Shown here in pieces: positions 1 through 11,870 of a DNA stretch of 64,000 nt. Position 1 is the stretch's first letter; each line of letters starts with the position of its first letter. A model generated the notes under the pieces. That model had not been told where the DNA came from and did no database searches. It was given only the letters and a program-made list of their open reading frames with translations. The stretch comes from Oopsacas minuta. Its lineage: Eukaryota > Animalia > Porifera. The stretch covers positions 62,001-126,000 of the forward strand of contig JAKMXF010000318.1 of assembly GCA_024704765.1 (NCBI GenBank), in the 5' to 3' direction. The position numbers were made by a program, and so were the translations under genes.

Positions 1-9
1 TTTTTCTAG

Positions 10-1903
10 ATTACTCCCTACCTTGCTTATCGGCTTATTTACTTTGAACTGTGCATTTAGCTCGGAAATAAATAGTAATATTTCAAATACAAGTAACATT
101 TCAGATACAAACAACACGCTCCATGGCAACAAACCATTCTGGGAGGAATGTGAACTAGAATCTGGAATGCTAGGACCACTTTTCGCTATTATATACTTCA
201 TTCTTGTCGTGATAGTATTCGTGGGATTGGCATTAGTTTGTGATGATTATTTTGTACCATCACTAGAAGCACTGTCTAACATGCTAAATCTATCGGAGGA
301 CGTAGCAGGAGCTACTCTTATGGCCGCGGGCTCGTCCGCACCGGAATTATTCACTTCATTAGCCGCGACTGGTGTTACAAGCGATGTTGGGATAGGTACG
401 ATTGTTGGAAGTGCAGTTTTCAACATTTTGATTATTATCTCACTAAGTGCATTGTTTTCTGGACAAAAGTTTGCGATGCAACTTGATTGGAGGCCGTTTG
501 CCAGAGATTGTATTTTCTATGGATTCTCAATCATAATATTCATAAGTTTCAGTTGGGATGGCCTGTTCACAATATACGAGGCAATCCTCATGCTCTCACT
601 GTACATGAGTTACATTGCATTGATGTTTGTGAATAAATGGCTAATGCTTGGCTTGGCATGGTTAGCAAATTTTGTGAGAGAAATACCAACATTTTGCAAA
701 CGAATGAAAAAACCTAAAAATACTGTAGCCCCGGAGGGGCCCTTTGCTAATGAGGAGAATGATACTCAAATGCAGGCAGTACTAAACAATGTGTCAAAAG
801 TCGCGGAACATGTAGCTATACAAGTGAAAATGAGCAGTAGTTCTATAAGCGAGTCACTGAAAGACTATCAATCAAAACGAAATACTAAACGGAAATTCAC
901 TCACCATTCAACCAACTTTTTCCATGCACCAAGTGAAACTAGAGGTTCTCTTATAAGAAGACATGGTTCTCATATAAGCATTATACAAGTAAGCAAAGAT
1001 CACCATAAGTCGGAGAGCAGGACAAATCTAAAGCATTTAGCAGTACATGAATCTCATACAGCTGGTTATAAAGAAGATCAGGCGATTCAAATGGATGTGA
1101 TTGGTGTGAAGACAGCAATAGAACATAGTATATGTGAAACAATGAATGATGACGTCAATAGTATTACAACAAATAACATGCCTAACGACACAGAGGACGA
1201 ATTGGAATCTCTCCCACCCATTATAGAGGGACCGCCAAGTTTTAGTGATGCACGCAAAAATGGTATAAAAGGCTGGATCATGTACGTGATAAGATGGATA
1301 ATCTATGTACCGTCTCTACCGTTCTCAGTAGTGTTCGCATACACAATACCCAATTCACATTATCATCGTGAATGGTATATGGTGATTGGAGGATTCATAA
1401 TGTCAATTATCTGGATTGGAATTCTAAGTTTCATAACAGTTATTCTTGTAGGTAGATCTGGTTGTATTCTAGGTATAAACCATTTCACTATGGGACTGGT
1501 GATAGTCGCGAGTGGAACAAGCATTCCTGATGCACTCAGCTCGCTTTTGGTTGCTAGGGACGGATATGGAGATATGGCAATTTCGAATGCAATAGGATCT
1601 AACATATTCGATTTGGACCTAGGCCTAGGATTACCGTTTTTAGTTGGTATCATCCTAAACGGCTTTCAACCTATACAATTATACACATGGCCTGAGGGCA
1701 TAGCAAGATCGAGCATACCATTATTACCACACCCAAAATTCGGTTTTATTCTTCTACTTATTCTATTCGTCATTATAATCGGTTTTGCTGCGACAAAATT
1801 CAAACTTCGCAAAATCTTAGGTATTGTATTTGTGGGTATGTATCTGTTGTTCGTGACATATGCGATGATACAGGAGTTTGTCTGCAATGGATATATGTGT
1901 TGA
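10..1903 (+). CDS. SLC24A: K+-dependent Na+/Ca2+ exchanger (NCKX/SLC24 family), 5' start outside window
   Basis: Alpha-1 repeat AGATLMAAGSSAPELFTS...GTIVGSAVFNIL and alpha-2 repeat GTSIPDALSS...GDMAISNAIGSNIFD, with two TM clusters split by a long loop. The ORF track starts at a TTG. The frame is open from an acceptor-like tttttctag at 1-9 through the end of a signal peptide, so the ATG is probably in an upstream exon. Confidence 0.93.
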
Positions 1904-2308
1904 AAGGACAAAAATTCAGCGAGGGAAATAGAGATCTTTATTGTTGATTACAACTCGATGTTATTATTATTACTTATTGTATCTTGTACTTGTATTGCTT
2001 AGCCTTATCGTGCATTATTACGAATATCAAATAGTGATATTAAATGCAAACAAATTATAATGATATGAAACAAATAAGGTTCACCAGAAATTTTCACTTG
2101 GGAGATGAACCTTTGAGTGTAAAATGTTGGAAAAAAAGCGCGAATGAAATATAAAATTGGCAATATACGTATGTACATACATTGAATCTATTTCTATACC
2201 AATACGAGCAAATAGATAAAAGCTTTGGCTATGTAAAATACCCAAATCATAGGGAAGCTAAAATATATAAAAATCCAGAGGTAAAATCTCGCGCATATTT
2301 AACTATTA

Positions 2309-5300
2309 TTAATTCAGCCAATCCAATTCGTCATCAGAATCTTCAAATAGAGACTTTCCAGTTGCTTTTATAGGTTTTTCATCCATCAAAGGAGGGCTCT
2401 CTTTCTTTTTGGAAGTCCCGAAAATATCACTTTCAGAATCACTAGACCCATCAAGTAATGGATTAGATAAAACCTGTGTATCTGGTGGTGCATCCATGGT
2501 ACTTTTTGTTGTGGCTTCTATCTGAGGTTTCTGTCGAGCTTCTTGGCCTGGAAATGAACTACCAAGGATAGCATCTAGACTAGATGTAAGTTCTTCCCTT
2601 AGAGGAGAAGAGAAATGCTTTTCAATCAGTTCTGGAGAAAAGTTTCCAGTCGTTAGGGGATCATCAGATCGTGAAGAAGTGTGATCGTCTATAGGAGGAG
2701 GGGATGATGATGAATGGGAAGGAAGGTGTGTAAATGTTTCGTCAGCTGGCGGGGGTGATTCTCGATCACGTCCACTAGAAGGAATAGGTTCAGCTACAGA
2801 GGAGTATTCTTGTATACTATCAGAGATATCAGGCTGAGATGACGTCATTAAGCTAGGAGACGATCTGCTGGGATATTGATTGGGTATCGGAGAGGTACTA
2901 GGTGATTGATTGTGTATGAGAGATGTACTTGGTGATTGATCCAGAGGGGGAGATTTACTAGGATATTGATTGGGGATAGGAGAGGAACTAGGTGATTGTT
3001 CCATAGGGGAAGATTTTGTAGTATATTGATTAGGTATAGGAGATGTACTGGGTGATTGATCCAGAGGGGGCGAGAAACTGGGATATTGATTGGGGATAGG
3101 AGAGCTACTGGGATATTGATTGGGAATTGGAGAGGTACTAGGTGATTGATCCAGAGGGGGTGAGAAACTGGGATATTGATTGGGGATAGGAGAGGTACTG
3201 GGATACTGATTGGGAATGGGAGAGGTACTAGGTGATTGATCGAGAGGGGAACTAAATATCTCATCAGATGACGTCACTTCTTTGTGGTAACGAGGTTTAT
3301 CAGTAACTACAGGCTGTGGGTTACTAGTAAGAGGAGCAGATTCAAAAGCTGAAGAAATTGGTATTACAGTATCGTGAATTTGAGTTGAACCAGAGAGATT
3401 AGTATCTTCTACTCTATTTTCATCTTCTACATAGCCAAAGGTCTCGGATATAGGTCTGGTATATGTTTTAGATGTATCAACTTTAGAATTATCAGATTCC
3501 AAAGATTGATGGATTGGGGATTGAAGAGGATTAGAAGATGACCTGGGATTCGTATCAGCTGATTTTTGAGGGGTAGAAGATGAACTGAGGCTTGGATCAG
3601 CTGATTGTTGCGGTGTAGGAGATGAACTGGGATTTATATCAGCTGATTGTTGCGGTGTAGGAGATGAACTGAGATTTATATCAGCAGATTGTTGTGGAGT
3701 AGGAGAAGAACTTAGATGTGTATCAGCTGATTGTTGTGGAGTAGGAGAAGAACTGAGATTTATATCAGCTGATTGTTGTGGAGTAGGAGAAGAACTGAGA
3801 TTTATATCAGCTGATTGTTGTGGAGTAGGAGAAGAACTGAGATTTATATCAGCTGATTGTTGTGGAGTAGGAGAAGAACTGAGATTTATATCAGCTGATT
3901 GTTGTGGAGTAGGAGAAGAACTGAGATTTATATCAGCAGATTGTTGTGGAGTAGGAGAAGAACTGAGATTTATATCAGCTGATTGTTGTGGAGTAGGAGA
4001 AGAACTGAGATTTATATCAGCAGATTGTTGTGGAGTAGGAGAAGAACTTAGATTTATATCAGCTGATTGTTGTGGAGTAGGAGAAGGACTGAGATTTATA
4101 TCAGCAGATTGTTGTGGAGTTGGAGAAGAACCTAGGATTGTATCAGCTGAGTGTTGTAGGGTAGGAGAAGAACTGAGATTTGAATCAGCTGATTGAAGAA
4201 ATGACGCTTCCCCAGTACCTGAAAAGATAACCAAATTGAGTAAAATATAATCTATAAGTATTCATACTCAAATACAAACCTAGAGTCAAGCTATCCTGTG
4301 GAGTACTAGCCTCATCAGCAGAGTCTCCTGTATCTGTAGAAGCTGTAGAATCTGTATCAGGATTAAGTACTCTAACTGTTTCTATCTTTATAGCCTCTCT
4401 CAATAACTCCTGTACTCGATTACCTGTTAAAATAAAACGAACAGTTAATAAATTAAAATATTAAGGATGAGAGCTATTGATTGATTTAAATCAAATTCGG
4501 GATCAATAGTTCGTTATTCATGTAATTTCTCTACACAACGACTCAAATATTCAAAAGTAACGAATCCATGGTTGTTCCATATGCTATCTCACTGGTTAAT
4601 GGCTCCATCGACTTGCCTATTACCAATATTCGCCTAATAGTAAGTTTTAGAGACTTAAGAGTCTATTATGTAATGGAAATAATTCCTCTAATAGGAAGTT
4701 GGCGTATTAGCAAGGGAATTCGTACAAAATACGAATTGCTAATAGGTGAACTCCATTGTATTATGTATTGTGACAAAACCTGTGTATGTGTCTTGTGGTG
4801 AAAAAGTTGTTTGTATCGAAGCGTAGAATTTATTCATAACGTGTTTAACTCTATTCCTCCATTCTTCACCATCAATTGATACCTCATGACTCTCCAATTC
4901 ACGGATTTTGTCACCTAGCTGCTCAGCTTCCTCCAAAAAGCATTTCTCTTTCTCTTTAAACTGATTTATATCGAATTTTAATTCATTTTCGCGTACATAA
5001 GAGTGTTCAATTATTATATTTTGTTTATCAATCAAAGCTTGAGAGGTAACATTGCGATTTTGTACACTTTCAAATTCATCTAATTCTTCTAATACTCTAC
5101 TATTCTCTCCTTGGAGGTGTGAATTTTCGAGTGTGAGTGCTGTAACCTTCTTCTCTAATCGCTGTACCTGTGATTTCAACATCTGTTCACTTCCGGTCAA
5201 TTCTTCACACTTATCTTCTAGCTCTGAAATACTCTTTGCTATTCCCTCCTGCATTTTACGTTTCCAATTAGCCTCTACTTTAGCCAAATCTCCCTGTGTA

Positions 5301-6676
5301 GGGCCAGTAGGTTGCTGCATCTGAGTTTTCAGATCAGATATCTCATCTTCATATCCGTGTTTGATATCTTCAATTTCACGAAGAAGTTTATTCTTATCGT
5401 TTTGTTGCTTTTTACGCCTATCTTCTATAGTCGTAGTAAGACGATCTCTCTCTGCTTTAACTTCAATCAATTCCTCGTCTAATCGAGTTAATTTGTTTTG
5501 TATCTTCTTTTTAGATTGTTTTTCACTTCTTATATTCTCTCTCAATTCATCAATTGTATCATTTAAGTCTGTAGCTTCCTTTTGAGCTGTTTGACGTGTA
5601 GCTTTCTGCTTTCCAGCATCACGTTGTAGTTTATCAATTTCACTCTTAAGTTCGTCTAGTTCTGAATCTTTTTCGCGGAATTTCGCACGGGCAAGGTTCA
5701 TTTTTTGACTCAGAAGTTCATTTCTCTTTCTCATCTCACTAACGTCACTCTCTTGCTCTCCTATCTCGAATCTACGAGATTCTAATTTCCTTCTGGCTTC
5801 ATCTAGTTTCCCTTTCAAAATAGAATTTTCTTCTTGCAATCTATGAATACATTCACTCCATAAACTATTTTCCAAAAGATATATACTGTGTAACCTCTGA
5901 AAAATACTACCTTGCTTCTGCGAAATTTCCGTTTGTGGAGGTTTATTTATACGAAACTAGCAATTCTAGATATTTCTCACACCGTTCCCGAAGGCCCCCG
6001 TTGTGGAGGATTTCTACTTTTGTATATACAAATTTAGACTATGATATTATATAACGAGAAAAGACTTATTTATTATCAATATTTATCATAGTTACCAACT
6101 TTATTATATGTGAATTATTAGCAGAAGATAGAGAGTGAATTGAATCAGATCTCTGCTCGATCATATGCTGAGATTGTTCCACATAACGTTGATTACTCTC
6201 TAGCAGTTGTCTAGCCTTTTGATTGAGAGATTCGATACGAGCATCTCTATCCATTAATTCTTGTTTTAAAGTTCTGCTTTCTTCTACAACCTGAATAAAA
6301 TGTGAGTACCATATTTCTTGTTAGTTAGTTTGTTTGTTTGTTTGTTTTAACATACCTTAGTTATACTATGTAACACTACATTAGGATCAATAATCGCAGG
6401 AATATCAGGTTTTGAAGTTGGAACTACGGCAGTTGATGGTTCTGATTTGATAGAATCTACTTTCTTCAGAACTTCATCAATCTTCATGTCTATCTTACTC
6501 ATACCAACTTTAGTATCAGCTAGCATTTGAGAGAATTCCAACAGCCCAGATGTGTTACTAGGGGTGTTTTGAGTGGGAGCAGGGAGTGTCTGTTGTGCTA
6601 CCATAGGGACGCTTGTTTGCATTGGCATTCCATGTACCGGATAGCTCGGTACACCAATAGTGTAGTTTGCTAACAT
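2309..6676 (-). CDS. FKBP15: FKBP15-like protein (C-terminal coiled-coil half; no FKBP domain seen)
   Basis: Exons approx. 6676-6356, 6290-6100, 5840-4780, 4423-4280, 4218-2309. Matches to FKBP15: ESRTLKQE..RIESLNQK..LLESNQRYVEQSQHMIEQR, EKQSKKKIQNKLTRLDEEL, VKHVMNKFYASI..F....TYTG and the acidic terminus LFEDSDDELDWLN. Confidence 0.8.
2855..3245 (-). repeat. Coding tandem repeat, 30-bp unit ([D/N]Q[S/Y]PS[T/S/F]SP[I/P][P/L]), about 13 copies
   Basis: Translation gives DQSPSTSPIP/NQYPSTSPIP/NQYPSFSPPL units with a higher-order pattern. Confidence 0.93.
3530..4195 (-). repeat. Coding minisatellite, 42-bp unit (QSADINLSSSPTPQ), about 16 copies
   Basis: Unit tatcagctgattgttgtggagtaggagaagaactgagattta repeated in frame. 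Central copies are near-identical and the edges diverge. Confidence 0.97.
5886..6022 (+). mobile_element. MITE family B copy (degenerate), in FKBP15-like intron
   Basis: Begins ta|ctgtgtaacctc and shares the core aaaaat(g)ctac...tttccgtttgtggaggt...actag.aattc...tcacaccgttcc...cccgtt with copies at 18600, 42079 and 49592. Confidence 0.6.
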
Positions 6677-6956
6677 CTATCTAATTTGTCTATTTAAAAT
6701 GCAAAATCTGGCAACTGTTGAAATAATAAATAAATAAGTCGAAATCGAGAAATAGCTATGGTCCTACAATAGAGCGGTTCCAAATCTGACTCCATGGATC
6801 TCTTAGTGGTCCACAGGCGGACCCGCTGCAATAAAAGCTCCCATTCTTAAAACAACATAAAAACGATTAATATCAAACAGATGTTCCATTAATTAATCCC
6901 GAATATATTAAAACACAAAGAATATTGATGGAATATAAGTCAATTTTTTTAAAGTG

Positions 6957-9005
6957 CTAGCAAATCGTATGCAAATTTCCAAACTTTTCTAACTTAATAC
7001 AGTCAATTCTTGGCTTATGTAGATTAACAAATTTTTGTAACAATATAGGCACATTGCATATAGATATATCATGTTTTACAATCACAAGAGCGGATAAAGT
7101 TTTCAAAGACTTACCAATTTTCTCAATTTTTGTAAATTTCTCATGGACAGCTCGTATATGATGTTTGCTTGTGACAGCTATCATATCTTGATAAGCAGTA
7201 TTTCCAGTGAAATTAACTAAATGTGGATAAATTCCTAATTTCAATAATGTGTCAACAGTCGCGATTGTGCAGTTATTAGCTATTGCTGTGTGGAGAAGAG
7301 ATGATCCAGTTTTTGGGTCTATAATATTGATTTCAGCACTGTTTTCTACAAAAAGTTCCAAGTTATCAGTTGGAATGTAAACGCTGAGATTATGATTTGT
7401 AATTCTAGAAGATATCTTCTCAATATCTTGTAGAGAAGCATGCATTAATGATAATGGAACGTTACGCTTTACAGCCAAAATAGCTTTAACTAATTCACCC
7501 ATTCTCTTTCTATCTTTCTTCACTCTTACTATGTGTGTTTTCTCGAATTGATTACATGCAGCTATCCATACAGAGAAGAAATAGGACAGCACACTCAACA
7601 GATTATTGAGATATGTAATACGAGTGTATGGGTTCTCTAATTCAGTGACACACCATTGTACAAACGGGTATATATCTGGATAGAAATTACTGTCGAACAT
7701 GTCAATGAATGTGTCAAGTGAAATTAACAAATCCAATGCGGCGTTAATTTCAAATCCGAAACGTATTTTCTCATATTGAAAAGATCTGAGCCAAAAGTCC
7801 ATACATTTCTGGTGATCAACACCAATAGGGCCTTGTAGAAAGAAATCACCACACACCCTGAGGTAATGAGCTGTATGTGGATGATTCGAACCGAATATTC
7901 GCTCAAATATACACAGGGCTATCACCATAAGATGAAAGCTCTCACTTCCGCGGAAATATTTCATACTAGGCCTATCTAATTGAATAATTTCTAAAGCAGA
8001 AATTGGCTCATGTGTATTATCATAGAGTGGGATTTTAGGGATTTCCGGTAGAGGCGTGCCTGTTTTGACACGGACGCATTCAACTTGTCGCCAATAGTCC
8101 TTTGTCGCGTTTACATTCTCCTCAATAGCGAATACTGCACCAAGGATTTTCAATGAATCAACTAACTCACCTATACACAAATTACAATTCTCTAATAATA
8201 ATTTATAATTATTTACTTTACGATACGCAGCACTTAATATTAATGGAGTAAAACCAAAATGGTTTGGTGCATTTCTAGCACCTGATTTGAGTATGAGTTC
8301 TACCATGCTTTCGCTAGCAACCTCAACGGTAATATGCAATGTTGTATCACCTAGTGAAGTAGCTTGCTCTATATCTGCTCCTTCTTGAATAAGATACTTG
8401 ACTACATTCTCTTTATCCATAGCTGCCCCGATCATTAAAGGTGATTGATCACAGTCATTAATAGCGTGAAGTTTCGCACCATTTGTGACTAGGAATTTGC
8501 AAATATCGAGGTGTCCATCGTAAGAGGCACAGCGTAAAGGAGTGGAGCCACTGAGAGACCCATGTTCTATGTCCGCACCACGAGATATCAAAGTCTTAAC
8601 CATTTCAAGGTGGTTTAGTGCAGATGCGATCCAAAGGGCTGGCGCACCTTCAACTCGTGAGTTAGGATCATTCTTATCGATTATAACAGAGCCTATCTTC
8701 TCTAAATCAATTACACCAGCTGGGAATATACTCAAATCCATAAGACAATTGAATATCTTATCTGAATTATCACAAACAGATAAGATAAGAGGTGTCATTT
8801 CATTGTAATAGGAATTTAATAGAAAATTCTGGAATTTTCTGGATAATGGTAGAACTGTTTCTTTCAACGTATCAGGGTCATTAAGGTAACAAGCTTGAAA
8901 TACAGATGCTTTCAATCCCTTGTAACATCTCTGCTCCTCGTATAATAAATTTTCTGAAATAGAGGTAATGTCGTCGAGATATATGATGCCAGATTTGACT
9001 TCCAT
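6957..9005 (-). CDS. fem-1: Fem-1 family ankyrin-repeat E3 ligase substrate adaptor
   Basis: N-terminal ankyrin repeats (VEGAPALWIASALNHLEMVKTL, GSTPLRCASYDGHLDI), central LCIFERIFGSNHPHTAHYLR..G motif and a C-terminal ankyrin. Intronless, 682 aa. Confidence 0.88.
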   Translation of the reverse strand: MEVKSGIIYLDDITSISENLLYEEQRCYKGLKASVFQACYLNDPDTLKETVLPLSRKFQNFLLNSYYNEMTPLILSVCDNSDKIFNCLMDLSIFPAGVIDLEKIGSVIIDKNDPNSRVEGAPALWIASALNHLEMVKTLISRGADIEHGSLSGSTPLRCASYDGHLDICKFLVTNGAKLHAINDCDQSPLMIGAAMDKENVVKYLIQEGADIEQATSLGDTTLHITVEVASESMVELILKSGARNAPNHFGFTPLILSAAYRKVNNYKLLLENCNLCIGELVDSLKILGAVFAIEENVNATKDYWRQVECVRVKTGTPLPEIPKIPLYDNTHEPISALEIIQLDRPSMKYFRGSESFHLMVIALCIFERIFGSNHPHTAHYLRVCGDFFLQGPIGVDHQKCMDFWLRSFQYEKIRFGFEINAALDLLISLDTFIDMFDSNFYPDIYPFVQWCVTELENPYTRITYLNNLLSVLSYFFSVWIAACNQFEKTHIVRVKKDRKRMGELVKAILAVKRNVPLSLMHASLQDIEKISSRITNHNLSVYIPTDNLELFVENSAEINIIDPKTGSSLLHTAIANNCTIATVDTLLKLGIYPHLVNFTGNTAYQDMIAVTSKHHIRAVHEKFTKIEKIGKSLKTLSALVIVKHDISICNVPILLQKFVNLHKPRIDCIKLEKFGNLHTIC

Positions 9006-9250
9006 AATTACAAGCTAGAAGGCTAACTAAAGGTTATTGAAGTGATGTAAAATTATATGAATATTTCATCGTGAGGTCAATGATATAATATTAGTAATAG
9101 TATTCTATGAAAAGACCAAGGTACAGATGCGAAATTATGAGAATTGAGAGTCCTGCAATATAATACTAAACTTCAAAAATTGTGGTTATAATAAAATACT
9201 AGTAACTTGTATAACCTAGAATTCACCGTGTATTTACTACAACTACTATA

Positions 9251-11347
9251 ATGAAACATTTACCTAGTGAGACAGTACAACTATTGACAAGTGGACAGAT
9301 CATTACTAGTGTTAGCTACCTCGTAAAGGAGCTGGTAGAGAATGCATTGGATGCTGGGGCTGAGCATGTTGAAGTAGTTATTGAGAAATTCGGTCAAAGT
9401 AAAGTTCAGATCGTTGATAATGGAAATGGAATACCGAAATGCGAAATTTCACAAGTTTGTAAGAGGCACCACACTTCGAAATTGACACATTTTGAGGATT
9501 TAGCTCAAGTGAATAGCTATGGCTTCCGTGGCGAAGCATTACATTCTATCTGCTCAATAGCTAACGTTGAAATATCCTCTCGTACATCAAACGAAGAACT
9601 AGGGGAAAGACACATATTCGATCATGATGGAAATTTGTCTTCTTCCCACCCTATATCTATAGTAGTAGGAACTAGAATAATTGTAACTGATTTGTTTACA
9701 AACATGCCCGTTAGAAAACAAATATTTTCATCTCCAAACAAATGCAAAGAAGAGATAAAACAAATAACACTTATCTTACAGGCCTATAAAATAGCACATC
9801 CTATCACAAGATTCACATTCAAACACAATGGACAATCCTTATTACAATTACCAAAGGCGGATGATATAGGTTCTGCCATAACTCTATTACATGGAAAAAG
9901 TGTATTGGACTGTCTAAACCATACGTATGTGAACAGAGATAACTTTTCACTAACTGGATACATCCCTTGTCTCGGCAAACAAACAGTATCACGTTCTAAC
10001 AGTGATTTATCTATACTAATTATCAATAAACGACCAGGGATTGTTCCGAGCCTGAACACTTTCATTAGAAAGTTCCTTATCGAGCATTTAGATTTACCAT
10101 CACGTATGCATCCGATATTCTTCCTACATCTTGATGTATTACCTGATAAAATAGACATCAACGTATCTGCAAATAAGGGAACATTCCTATTACACGATCA
10201 GGTATCCATCATAGAATCATTGAAAGAGGAATGGGAGATACTGTACAAACATAAAGACGTGGGTAATAAAACCGAAATCGTGCTGCCTGCTACTACAACA
10301 AAACAATTGGAAATGTCGAGCAATTGTCAGGTGAGTGATGACGTCACAGTTATGGAAGCAACAGATGCAATACCGAATCCGAATGGTAGTGGAATTGTTG
10401 AGGAATTAAATTATGATTTAAATTTCGAGTTAACTATTGATGATTGGAGTCAGGAATCTTTGGATAAAAACAAAACTAAGAAATTGAATTCTACACCGAA
10501 TATTCTCAATTTGCAAGACACACCGGTTACTAGCGGAAAGAAACAACTCAATTCTACACTCAAAGATAGGAAAACTTCAAATAAGCGCAAGTCTAAACAA
10601 TCGCCTAAACAAAGTACGATCTCATTTACACAAGAAATAACTCGACCATCTCCAGACCATGTGATTTCCACACCTTCATTAAAATCAATAAAACAACAAA
10701 TCGCGAAATCTAGCGACCTAAAATCTCCAACACCAGGTTCTCCTCCCTGTCCTATTCTAATCGGTCCAATCGAAGGAGATAAATTTATATTTCATGTAGC
10801 TCCATCACTTTACATAGGAGATAAACATATTCTTCTAGAACAATATTTTTACTGCAAATTACTACAGTCTTACCAGTTGAAAACTTCACCTCTTTCTAAG
10901 CCTTTGGTCATACCTAGTGATCTTATAACCACGGATTTACAATACAAAATAGCTAAGTTAAAAGGCGAACAGAGTGTGAATCAAATATTTCAGCTAGTTG
11001 ATAAATCCATAGTCAATAATGGATTTGAAGTTTCTATTAGTTTGACTGTTTCTAATGTTATTGAGAAAGTGGAAATTACTGGTTTAGCTAGTTTATATGG
11101 GGGGGATGCAGTAAAACAATTCATTTTACTACTTGATGAAATAGATCCCAGAGAATTTACAAAAGATAGAATTGTTAGGACTGAATTAGTGCAACAATAT
11201 TTGAGAGATGAAGCTATACGCGAGTTGGAATGTTCCAAAGAAATTCAATCTGAATCATTACAAGAAGTTTTACAATTGGAATGGGAGAGAGAGAAGATTA
11301 ATGAGGGTGTATACAAACATTGGTATCACTATTTTAGCACCCTATAA
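9251..11347 (+). CDS. PMS1: MutL-family mismatch repair protein, PMS1-like
   Basis: MKHLPSETVQLLTSGQIITSVSYLVKELVENALDAG, DNGNG and YGFRGEALHSI GHKL motifs. No DQHA(X)2E(X)4E endonuclease motif, as expected for vertebrate-type PMS1. Intronless. Confidence 0.9.
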   Translation: MKHLPSETVQLLTSGQIITSVSYLVKELVENALDAGAEHVEVVIEKFGQSKVQIVDNGNGIPKCEISQVCKRHHTSKLTHFEDLAQVNSYGFRGEALHSICSIANVEISSRTSNEELGERHIFDHDGNLSSSHPISIVVGTRIIVTDLFTNMPVRKQIFSSPNKCKEEIKQITLILQAYKIAHPITRFTFKHNGQSLLQLPKADDIGSAITLLHGKSVLDCLNHTYVNRDNFSLTGYIPCLGKQTVSRSNSDLSILIINKRPGIVPSLNTFIRKFLIEHLDLPSRMHPIFFLHLDVLPDKIDINVSANKGTFLLHDQVSIIESLKEEWEILYKHKDVGNKTEIVLPATTTKQLEMSSNCQVSDDVTVMEATDAIPNPNGSGIVEELNYDLNFELTIDDWSQESLDKNKTKKLNSTPNILNLQDTPVTSGKKQLNSTLKDRKTSNKRKSKQSPKQSTISFTQEITRPSPDHVISTPSLKSIKQQIAKSSDLKSPTPGSPPCPILIGPIEGDKFIFHVAPSLYIGDKHILLEQYFYCKLLQSYQLKTSPLSKPLVIPSDLITTDLQYKIAKLKGEQSVNQIFQLVDKSIVNNGFEVSISLTVSNVIEKVEITGLASLYGGDAVKQFILLLDEIDPREFTKDRIVRTELVQQYLRDEAIRELECSKEIQSESLQEVLQLEWEREKINEGVYKHWYHYFSTL

Positions 11348-11870
11348 TAATAATAATCTTTTATTGTGTTTTGAATCTTTCTATCTAGAACAATTTTGGA
11401 CTAGTTTGCACGATGATCTAATAAAAGTTTATTCCACATGTAATTATGAATTTTCCATGCAGAATATCTGCATAGGTGTAATATACATTTAGAAATGGTA
11501 ATTATCAATTTCCAGCAAATTCGTAAAGTGACTAAATTCTAGGAATTTTTGGTTGGAAATTGAGTTCACTAAAAAGTTGTATTAGCGCCAGATTGACTAA
11601 ATACTGGTTTCATTCTAGTAGTGAATTAACACGATAATATTTCTCCCAACAATTAATTATAATCAGATTGTGTTAATACAATACACTTAGCTGGAATAGA
11701 AATATCCTATTCAAACACAACGTAATTAATCAGATAATTAATTAGATTTCAACTTACAATACACCTATTAATTTGGCCAATTTATTCAAGCAAACTCTAT
11801 TTTTGCTTTGTCTGAGATAATTTAAATAGGAAAAGTATTGAGCAGGCTCATACTAAGCATTTTACTCATT

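Noticed and set aside
2848-3264. 138-aa plus-strand repetitive ORF
   Set aside because: Antisense shadow of the 30-bp coding repeat in the FKBP15-like gene.
3530-4195. CRISPR-like regular repeats
   Set aside because: Head-to-tail units with no unique spacers, in frame within a eukaryotic exon, and no cas genes.
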